Below the pieces are notes generated by a model that saw nothing but the letters and a program-made list of their open reading frames with translations, was not told the DNA's origin and ran no database searches. The translations under genes were made by a program, and so were the position numbers. Source: Eimeria praecox (lineage: Eukaryota). From it: a stretch of 64,000 bases of DNA. Position 1 is the first letter of the stretch. Every line of letters begins with the position of its first letter. The DNA lies in the NCBI GenBank assembly GCA_963920595.1, contig OY986949.1, positions 1 to 64,000 of the forward strand, in the 5' to 3' direction. Of this stretch, positions 54,601-64,000 are shown piece by piece.

Positions 54601-55474
54601 CCTTTTCTCCGGGGGCTATAATGCTCCCCTGTTACTGAAGACACGGGCATCCCGCAGGTGTCCACGAACGCCGACCAACCTAATTCAGTGCTGCATTAAA
54701 AGAAGTGGATGCCAACACTTGGTGCTGCTATACAAGCTTGTCGCCAGCTTGCTTTCGAAATAAGATTTTCATGCGCTGCCTCTCTCAACTTCATCACCTA
54801 GGCTACTCTCAATTTTCGGCACGCAGCAACGGTGGCTTCAGCAATGCCGCAAGTTGCAAACTCTTGGGGAGGCACAGCCTCAGCCCTGAACCCTGCAGCA
54901 GTAGCCACTGGTGCTGCAGCTCATTCAAATCCATGAAATGTAAGCGCACTCGCTAAAGGGTAATTTGTGGGTCGTGCCACTGTCACTGCAATACAGTACG
55001 CAGTACCACTTACTGTAGAGCTGTAAAGTCGAGTCCAGCTATTCGTTAATCGCCTCTTGGCAAAAGCAAATTGTGCTGGAAGTTTCGATGCTGCCATCGA
55101 AGCTCTCAGCAACGCGAACAGGTAGCACGCTGCTCATTGGTATTACCAGCAAAGGATGCCCAGTGAAGAACATCTACGCGCGTAGAAGATGTGACTACGG
55201 AGTCTGGATTCCTCACACCAGAGCACTGGGCTCTGTGAAGGCCAACTGTGCTGCGCTCTCCACTTTGCATCGTACACGCTGCGCCAAGTACAAGCGACGG
55301 TTGCACACTGAAAGCGTTTACACAGCAAACAATTACTTTGTGAGACCCTGATTCCCTTGGCAGTAAATGTGAAACAACCGCGTACACTGCTGTTAAACAG
55401 TGGATTATGGGTTGTTTTTTCGGATGAATGCCGCCTCTTTGAGTTGCGTAGTTAGGCTGTCAGCATCTACATGC

Positions 55475-55479
<5 letters not shown>

Positions 55480-55521
<42 letters not shown>
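55480..55521. repeat. (CA)21 microsatellite
   Basis: Seen directly, at the homologous position in repeat copy C. Confidence 0.97.
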
Positions 55522-55524
<3 letters not shown>

Positions 55525-55962
55525 ACGAACAAACACGCAGAGACCTGCAGACACATCCAAACATGCAAACAAGTGAGTGTTGTGTCTCATAATCATTGTG
55601 CCGGCCCAGTGGTCGGGTCTCGGTAGCAGCTGCTTGGACGTCAGGCATGTCAGGCCCTGCAAAGGCAGACGCATAACTCCAAATCAGCGCACGGCGTCGC
55701 TTCAGCGTGCCGAAAGGCTACGAAACACCTCGCGCAATCAAAGAATGTGTTGCCCCATGGTATGCAATGCCCCTCTCATGACGTCGGAAAGGCTGAGAAG
55801 CCTCCTGGGTAGCGGATAAACTTCCAGCGTCTGCTTCTTTAGCCATCTTGCCTCTCAAAAATCATTAGATATGTGATGGCCACTACGGAGTCCGGCTGGC
55901 CTCTAGTGTCCATACGAGAACGACTGCTCTCTTGCCAACAGATGGGCCTACATTCAAAAAGG

Positions 55963-55964
<2 letters not shown>

Positions 55965-56044
<80 letters not shown>
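55965..56044. repeat. (AT)40 microsatellite
   Basis: Seen directly. Confidence 0.97.
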
Positions 56045-56047
<3 letters not shown>

Positions 56048-56649
56048 ACTCGCTATCCACAGTGGGACGCCCTACGCCCTTTTGTGCACGTGTGGGCGCC
56101 TTTGTCAGCTCCACATGCAACTCCCAGTCACGCACAGAGCCATTAAGCAGCACATGCAACCTTGCCGTCTGCGCACGGTGCCTCAAATCAGATCTCAACA
56201 AGAGCGATTGTCGCTTTTGCGTGCGAGGCCTTTGTGCTACTGAAGCCAGACGCGTCGCGCATGCACGCACTAGCTAGAGGTCAAGCCAGCTATTTAAGGT
56301 TTGTATGTACGAAATGGATGGCAGAACTTGCTGCGCCTCTATAATGTTGTTGCTGGCTCCTTTCGAGGACAAAATTGGCTTGTGCCGCCTGCCTCAATGT
56401 CACTGCCGAAGCTATCCACAATGTTGGCCTGCACTGTGGCGGTCGTCAACTTTATACATTTTAAACGGTCAAAAGGCCCTTGGTGGTTGATACATCAGCT
56501 AAACAGCGAATCGAGATTCTAGCAGGAGCCCTGTGAGCATACCATACCTAGCTGCTCATCATTGCCTTTGTGTGCATTGGAGCTAACCAACCCCATATTC
56601 CTGCCCAATTAAAACTACACAACTAAAACTACACATGCACAATCCCTTT

Positions 56650-59600
56650 CTGCGTACACCCTTTATTGAAAAAGGAATCCTGGTACACAGAGCCACAACT
56701 ACGATACAAATTTGGTCTTGGGCAAGGGTAAAGCTCAGACGCCATCGCACTAGCCTGGGCGTCATTCGGCCCACCCAATGCAATGCGCACACGCTGAAGG
56801 CTTCCACGCCTTCTTTCCGTGAATGCCAAAACATTTCAGCATTCGGAGTGCACGACAGTCCAGAAAAAGATGTGCTACAGACGCTTCGTTGCGGTTTCTA
56901 GTGCCGTGTTCAAGCCTGCACAACTTGTAATGCGTGTCGCGCTATCTGTGGCGAATCGATGCGCGGTGTCAACACACGGTCACATGGAGCTGTGCAGGTC
57001 CGCACAGGCGTCTTTGCAGTTTTCATTGATCCTATGGACGGTGGAGGAAGCATAATCTCCAACCGCTAGTACTGCATCGCAAAGTAACCGGCAAACTTTA
57101 ACCATTTCAAGCAAAAAAATGTGTAAGAACCCGTCCGCGCTGGCGTCGGACGCTCCAACGTTTTTGAAGCCTCGCATGTTTCATAGCCATCCCGTTAGCG
57201 CTTACGACTGGTGTAAATGACCTTGGCAATGATTAACCGACAGACCAGTGCATTCAATACCTGGCCCGCCGTGCTTGCGGTGAAGACTATTTGCTTTGCC
57301 TTCATTCCACTAGACTAAGCATTACACTCACTTGCTTTAGAAAATACGAGCATAATGAAGCTTTCGTGAGGCATGTCAGTCCACAACAGCATCCGCTGCG
57401 CTTACACAATTGCGGCTTAGCTGCTTGTTAAGCGGCACAGGAACACCTTATATCGCATGCCGCGCTGTTGGCGACGGATATGTGCACAGCGTTGAAACGT
57501 AGCCCATCAAAGCCACGCATATCCCCGTAAAAGTCTTCGCACTTTCCAGTGGCCTTTGGCAAGGGAAAGACCGTCATCTCTTCAACCGCGTCTGCTGAAA
57601 CGCGGAGCGTTCGGTAAATATTAAATGCACCATCCCCGCCCACCAAAGATGATACCGTACACCCTGGCCCAAGAAAACACGCTGCTTTGTCCTGCGTATA
57701 GATCGCGCTCTGATCCCTCTAGACTGTATCCTCTGGGTGGTTCGTCTTGGCAGCTCTATAGCTGCCAAGACGAACCTACTCCTATGCAGCCCGGCCAGCG
57801 TTTTCACTATTTCAAGCAATTCCAAATTACCAGCCTGCCATCCTGCATCTTACGCCTTCCAACACACCCTTGAGGCATTAACCACCATGCATCACTTGTT
57901 TGGTGGCCGAGATGGCAGTCGATCCTTCTTGGTCTGCAGATTAAAGCAGGAAGAGCGGGCTTTGAGTTGCTTCCTCGTGGCCAGATTTACACCTTCCGCA
58001 CTTTCAGGCTCATTCATCAGTTCGCCCAGCTTAAGGGATGACTAAAGGAAGCCACAACCCAAACTATGAAGCCTCTATTCTACCTTCTAGGACTCCCCTC
58101 CGCACTAGCCAGTGGCGTCCAACTGGAGCTGCAAGAACCTGGAGCTACACGAACGCAAAAACACTCTTCCCCGGTGTCCACATCAGGTGCAAATTCAGCA
58201 GTAGATCCACTTCCAAGCGAAAAGAACTCCGCAGGCTCATGCTGCCCATCCGTCACCCACTCAGTATCATTTCCACAAGGGCTGGGCTTGGATACATAGG
58301 CGAACACCTATCCATGTATAGTCCGGCTCTATACAGAGCGGTCATCTCTCTCACCTGGTGCTTCGCTGTGCGCTAATGGCGCATGCATGAAAACCACTTT
58401 GTGCGCGATAAGCATGCGGCCGACTGAGCGGCGATTCTGGGGCTCGCGCTCATTCCTCAAAAGCATGGTGTTGAACGCCCCTGATGTTGGATGCACACTA
58501 TTTCACTGCTCATCCTTCTTTACGCAATTGCATTACACTGACATGCAGTCGCGTATGAGTAGACAACCAGATTATGCACATATTGGTGCACCTATAAATA
58601 GCAGAAGCAGACTACAAACCCTGAAACACTCCAGAAATCTCCTCAGCATGGAACTGGGCTTGTGGCAGCTCGGGCTAAGCAGCACGCAGCTTGCAGACGC
58701 TGATGCGGCTCCAAGCGTGCATAGCGTTGCACGACATTAATACCTGCGTAGCGCAAGCAGGGAAGCGTCAAGAGCTTCCTAGCTTCAGCAGGGGCTCCTG
58801 TGGCATCCAAAGGTTGGAGCATACCCAACGCATACGAGTTGAGCGAAATCCTACCCTTCACAAGCATGTGAGTTTTTGAAGGCACGCCACTGACAAACGC
58901 CACGTTCGTGCCATTTTTTCTACCCCGCAGAAGCAACAATCTCTGGCGAATGGAGACTAACCTGCTGTGGATTTCGTCGTCGTGCCTGCTCCTGCTGAAG
59001 CCTCTACTAAACATGTCACTCGGAGGCCTCCTACCGACCCACAAGCACGCCTTAAGGATTAAAGGTGGACTCGTTCTACAGACTTAATATACGCAACCTC
59101 TTCATTTTAGTTAAAAATGATGCTTGCCACAGTCCAGGAATGCAAATGCTTAGCAATCGCATGGCCGCTAAACGTAGAGCTGGCCTAGCAGCGAACGGTA
59201 TCATTGTGGACTGTGTCCACCATAGAAGCAATAAAGCGCAGTTATCGCGCTCAGCCTCAACTGGAAGTGATGGGGGATTAATACAGCCCTACGTAGAGAA
59301 ACTGGAAGTGCTATGGAGGCTGAATATCGGATGATGGATTCACAACACACCGAGCAAGTCAGAGGCATGTAGCGTCCGGTATACGTGTGGGGGAGAAACG
59401 GCTGGCTGTGTCGAACTGTAGCAGTAAAGCAGCCACGATTGGGCGAAACCCGTTAGCACGCAGCGCCACGTGCGCAAACCCAAATAATCCAGAGTTCAGC
59501 TTTAGCAGTCGCTTCCCTCAACCTGACTCCTCCATAAAGGCCGAGTTGAATTAACGCTTACGCAATACCGTGCAGATCCGCTTGTATTGTGACGCCTTCT

Positions 59601-61867
59601 CTTGCTGTACACTTTGTGCTTAACGCTCATCAAGAAAAAAACAACGGCAGTTCCTGATTGGCTTCGCCCGTAGGAATCACGGCATAAAACATGAATGGCC
59701 ATAGGTTCTCCACTGTGCGCTGCTCACCTCGAGGAATCTCGTGTTAGACACCCCGCGTTTTTCGGACAAAGCCGCGCCGCCGAACTGTCTTGAAGCCACT
59801 AGTACGTACTGCGTTGATAAAATTATGCCTTTCCCATGCCTCAACTGGCATAGATTACCTACAATGCCAGTGTACGCGAGCCTTTAAAGCCGAAGGACCC
59901 TACGAGTCCGTGAGCCCCGTGAAAGGGGTAAAGCAGAACGCACGTTTTGCGTTGGTTTGCTCGGTTGCCACCTAAGGATTGCCCCCGCATGTGCCATCGT
60001 ATCTATAACCGGAGCCTCGGCCTACCAAAACACAGATGCCAGTGTTTTGTTGCTGGCGTGCATATTGAATATGCGTTTATTTTCACAAAGTAGCAAAGCC
60101 ACATAAACGGCACCGAATGCAACAGCATCATTAGATGTTCCCATCGAGGTGTGCGTTATTAGGGCTGAAGGGCCAGACCCAAACAATAAGATCCGCAGCA
60201 AAAGAATTCCTGGGCCCCCTACCAACCTACACGACATCAATCTATACAAACCTGTATTACCATCTCGCCTCCTTCATAGAATCCGTCTCCAAACCTCGCA
60301 AACCCCACCACACGTAGCGTCCAGCCCCGATGCACGCCTTGTCGTCACACGCCATATTAACAGCTTCCCGAATCTCCCTCCTCCACGGCCAATTTGCACC
60401 TGCCGCTGGCATGCACCTAACAGTCCAACCGCTGAACAACACAACAAGCCATTCCATTCTGTCAACATGGGGCCGACGCTGGATCCTGCACGGGTGCCAT
60501 GACATGTTCCCGACAAGTCGAAGCAAACTGCAGGGCATTCTTCCTTAACAGACTTAAACTACCCACAACATTTGACCATGCACGACATGAACCTGTTCTA
60601 GGCTGTGTTGTCTATGCCACCATACAACGAAACTAGGTCCTCCCCATTTTCACCTTTCATTGAGGCACTCGCGGAGCTCCGCTCCTGCTCAGATTCACGA
60701 TTTCCTCCATGCACATCCAACCAACCGCATATGCTCCCTCAGCCACTCGTCAAGGGCAACGGAGAGCTGCAGTTCATTCCAGTGTGTCCCCTCGCTCCTT
60801 TCATTGATTGTAGACTGCAAACGCAGCTGCCAGGCAGTTGTTCAAGACTCACAACCCCCCTGCGCATACCACATTGGCAGCGCACCCACAATGGCGGCAT
60901 CGCGTATATTGCAGAAGCACACATGGTTCCTTGTGCCTTCTCAGGCTCTACATAACCGCTGACGCCTGTCACACTCTTCCATTTTGTTGCGAATTGCCCT
61001 TTGCGTATACGCTGCCCGTCCAGATGCTCGCAATGCGTACCGGCTGCGTACAAAGCCATTTTTCTTTACTCACATCGTCCACACTGCTTTGCAATCTCCT
61101 CCTAACGCCTCTCCAGTCGTCCCCGAGTTCTCCTATCCTCATCTTGTAACAGGCCGTCGACGTATCACGTACAAAGCGTTGACATGAATTCCAGGTACGC
61201 TTTAGTGCCCAAAAGCCTTCCCTAACACATCTGTATCCATCCTAATGAGATGCGTGGCTGCTGGGCACCGTGGACACAAGCAACGCAACCCGCCGGCCAG
61301 TCTCTGCCATCGAGCAGCAGGCCTCCCACCACGTCGGGCACGCAGCTGAAACCTCAACCTCACATGTAGAAGGTAGGCAAAACCATCCCTAACCCTTCCC
61401 AGCCATCCAAACAGCATGGGCCTCTCTGTATCACTTCCATAAGTGCTCTACTGACTGCTCAGGGGGACGAAAACCCGTGTATTTGAACTAGCATGCGAGC
61501 GCTGCAGACTCAGCGGCATCCATATCATCTCTTGACGTCCAACAATCAACAAATAGCAGCGCATAAGCTTCCCCAAGCACCAAAATAACACCTTCGGGAG
61601 ACGTGCACAGTCTGTAGAGCCCATACCGCACATCCGTTCTCCGCAGTTTAACTGTCGGGCTGATGCAGGCGTTCATATGCGCATCGACAGTCTGTTATCT
61701 ACTTTTGTGTTTGGCTCCCGGGATGCCGTACCAATATGCGAAACAGATCACGTTACTTTCGCTGCGTACCCCCAAGGCTGTGTTAGCTCATATGCTCATG
61801 CACGTATTCTCCTTTCCGCTAGCTCTCATCCAAGTAGCTTTGCCCTTTCCATCCAACCACACAAAGC
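56650..61867 (-). mobile_element. Decayed chromovirus-type Ty3/Gypsy LTR retrotransposon relic (gag-protease-RT-integrase-chromodomain)
   Basis: Minus-strand motifs in order: knuckle tail GARGHTGMNCSS (~60763-60798), SGSARYCVS (~59556-59582, DGSxRxCVD-like), GFRPI...TASR (~59400-59452, GFHQI...KTAF-like), YMPL (~59362, VMPFG-like), integrase AGL...ELPRR (~57742-57795), GMVHLIF (~57615-57635, KMxHFxP-like), GKCEDFYGDMRGF (~57510-57547, HGxPExIxSDRDxxF-like), EC*NVL (~56825-56845, IHxVF-like), chromodomain LVRWR (~56739-56753). Boundaries approximate. Confidence 0.65.
57739..57776. repeat. Perfect 17-bp inverted repeat with 4-nt loop
   Basis: ggttcgtcttggcagct-ctat-agctgccaagacgaacc; the arms are exact reverse complements. 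Confidence 0.97.
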
Positions 61868-64000
61868 TGACTGCCGCTGTGCCTGGGCGGTCAATAAAAA
61901 CACACTTTCTGATTCAACAAGCAAATTCTATCGACCTAGCCACTTCCACCTAACCTTCTGGTGTTAAAAACGCCAAGAGCCAAACCAGCTTCAGCGCATG
62001 CACTTCGTCATACAACGAAGGAGCACTCTGCACATACGTTCACAGCCTCGCGAGTTCATAATTCAAATTCTTTCTTCGCAGAGCCACCGTCTCGCAGGCG
62101 CAAAAGGTCCTGCGTATATCATGGGCTGATGCAGTTTCCCACGCACCTCATAGCTAAGGAAAACTCAACAAAACCTGCACCATCGCTCCCAGCCATCACT
62201 GCTGCCAGACACATGCGCAGTGCGACCCAAAAAAAAGAAGTGCATCGCCATGCAAACCAAATTATATAAGCTGCATTTGAGCCTGGTTTGCCTACGCCTG
62301 GTCTCCTTTTCATCACCCCAGTTCCCACACACCACCAGCCGCTCTCATCCATCCAACAGTTGACACCCCTCACAACCGTCGATCCTAGCCAAACCTATCA
62401 TAAGCAAACGCCCACCCCTCATTGCGTGCTACGAGAACCGGCACCTCACACATGCAATATCAGCGGCATCTTTGCGCTGCTAACACTCCAAGTACCCACC
62501 CTACACGACACCCATTCACGCAACCAAGCAAGCCACACTGTCCCTCATCAACAGACAACCTCCTTGCTGGTGTCCAAGCCACTCACACACACTGACCACT
62601 GTTAAGAATCCGCAAGCCCTGTGCAGTTGTCCCCACAACCGTCAAGATAGTCTAACCGCAGCAAGGCAGAACTTGTCATCTCTCACTGATCGCATGCGGC
62701 CGACGCTCCATCCTGCACTGGCTTCTTGGCGCCCCCCTAAAAGAGCATGTCAATGTGCAGCGAAATCCTCCTTGTTACATACTGCAACCTCTCACAACTC
62801 TTCTGCTCGCCATCAGCGGGCTTATCCAAGCTCTGTTTGACGCCTGCCACACTGCCCTCAATGCAACGCAGCCTAATCGTCCTCGCTTTCGCGTTCCATC
62901 ACGGCGCCTCCAATGCTCACCTCCTGCTGGAGCTCAAGCATGCCTTAACGCATACCAACACTACTTTGCATGCTCCTCTCAGCCATTCCGCACCAAACCC
63001 TTGCGCTCCAGGCAGCAAGTGCCGTCAAACCGCATTAATTGCACACCCACAGGGACCAGTATAGACGCAAAGCAAACATGCAGGAGGTGCCTGATCGTAA
63101 TCGTAGCACACTGCATCACCACCCACCCCTGGCACACATTTCAAGTGCATCCTCAACAACAGGCTCTGACACAATGCTTGGCCCCGCCACATGCTTCGAA
63201 AACGCACCTCATGTGCCTAACGCCATTCCCCACCACTCATAACCGTGCCGCGTTGCTTTCTCCACCCAGCCGCCCGTCAGCGGCCGCCTATCGTTCCTAT
63301 GCTCATCATGTACTTCGCCAACCCCTCAATTAGCATAAAATGCTGGCCTAGCGTATGCATTTGCCCGACTCCCAGCAAGCTACCAGTCTCCGAGCCAAAC
63401 CAGCTTCAGCGCATGCACTTCGTCATACAACGAAGGAGCACTCTGCACATCCGTTCACAGCCTCGCGAGCTCATAATTCAAATTCTTTCTTCGCAGAGCC
63501 ACCGTCTCGCAGGCGCAAACGGTCCTGCGTATATCATGGGCTGATGCAGTTTCCCACGCACCTCATAGCTAAGGAAAACTCCACAAAACCTGCACCAGCG
63601 CTCCCAGCCATCTTATATAAGCTGCATTTGAGCCTGGTTTGCCTACGCCTGGTCTCCTTTTCATCACCCCAGTTCCCACACACCACCAGCCGCTCTCATC
63701 CATCCAACAGTTGACACCCCTCACAACCGTCGATCCTAGCCAAACCTATCATAAGCAAACGCCCACCCCTCATTGCGTGCTACGAGAACCGGCACCTCAC
63801 ACATGCAATATCAACGGCATCTTTGCGCTGCTAACACTCCAAGTACCCACCCTACACGACACCCATTCACGCAGCCAAGCAAGCCACACTGTCCCTCATC
63901 AACAGACAACCTCCTTGCTGGTGTCCAAGCCACTCACACACACTGACCACTGTTAAGAATCCGCAAGCCCTGTGCAGTTGTCCCCACAACCGTCAAGATA
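61868..64000. repeat. Macrosatellite array 2 (same unit and orientation as array 1), runs off the window end
   Basis: Near identity to the unit starts at tgactgccgctgtgcctgggcggtcaata (~61868). Anchors at 62288 and 63639 (1351 spacing), with both short-type deletion junctions at ~63390 and ~63612. Confidence 0.98.

Larger units (their letters stand above)
51340..55750. repeat. Older diverged direct-repeat family, three partial copies (A ~51340-53400, B ~53440-54940, C ~54940-55750)
   Basis: Shared blocks seen directly: gttaggctgt at ~51561/53966/55451; tacgcgcgtagaagatgtgactacgga at ~53669/55174; gcaaattgtgctgga at ~53567/55067; gcctctctcaac.tcatc.ccta at ~52388/54778; caggcatgtcaggccct.caaaggcagacgcataactccaaatc at ~51764/55642. 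Offsets A-B ~2.4 kb, B-C ~1.5 kb. Confidence 0.85.

Noticed and set aside
51340..55750. Copies A and C as the paired LTRs of one 4.4-kb element
   Set aside because: A third homologous copy lies between them, and I see no TG...CA termini, target-site duplication, primer-binding site or internal pol motifs.
55839..56277. ORFs with IYIYIY runs (and HTHT/CVCV runs at 51.5 and 55.5 kb)
   Set aside because: These are translations of the (AT)n and (CA)n microsatellites.
6050..61867. An active, telomere-maintaining retrotransposon system (HeT-A/TART-like)
   Set aside because: All elements are LTR-type relics with stops, frameshifts and eroded catalytic motifs, and a long canonical telomerase-type tract caps the end.

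Overview
This is a eukaryotic chromosome end. About 4.5 kb of (CCCTAAA)n telomere (TTTAGGG type) is followed by a subtelomere with no intact gene that I can support. Most of the subtelomere consists of (i) four heavily decayed Ty3/Gypsy LTR-retrotransposon relics (4.5-5.5 kb +, 6.0-11.9 kb -, 48.5-51 kb +, 56.6-61.9 kb -), two with chromodomain remnants (chromovirus type), recognised only by eye from eroded motifs in the correct order; (ii) a young, highly homogeneous 36.6-kb macrosatellite (11.87-48.48 kb, 23 copies of a 1690-bp unit or its 1351-bp double-deletion variant), plus a second array of the same unit from ~61.87 kb to the window end; and (iii) an older, diverged three-copy repeat with microsatellites (51.3-56.0 kb). 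Main observation: read on the minus strand, the satellite unit appears to be a dead gag (two zinc knuckles)-protease-RT-N-terminus fragment of the same kind of element, and it is colinear with the relic at 60.2-61.3 kb. It would therefore be a retrotransposon-born subtelomeric macrosatellite now under concerted evolution. The telomere itself appears to be added directly onto a broken integrase fragment. TTTAGGG telomeres, roughly balanced GC and chromoviral relics fit a coccidian such as Eimeria, but that is inference. All protein-level calls need profile searches to confirm.
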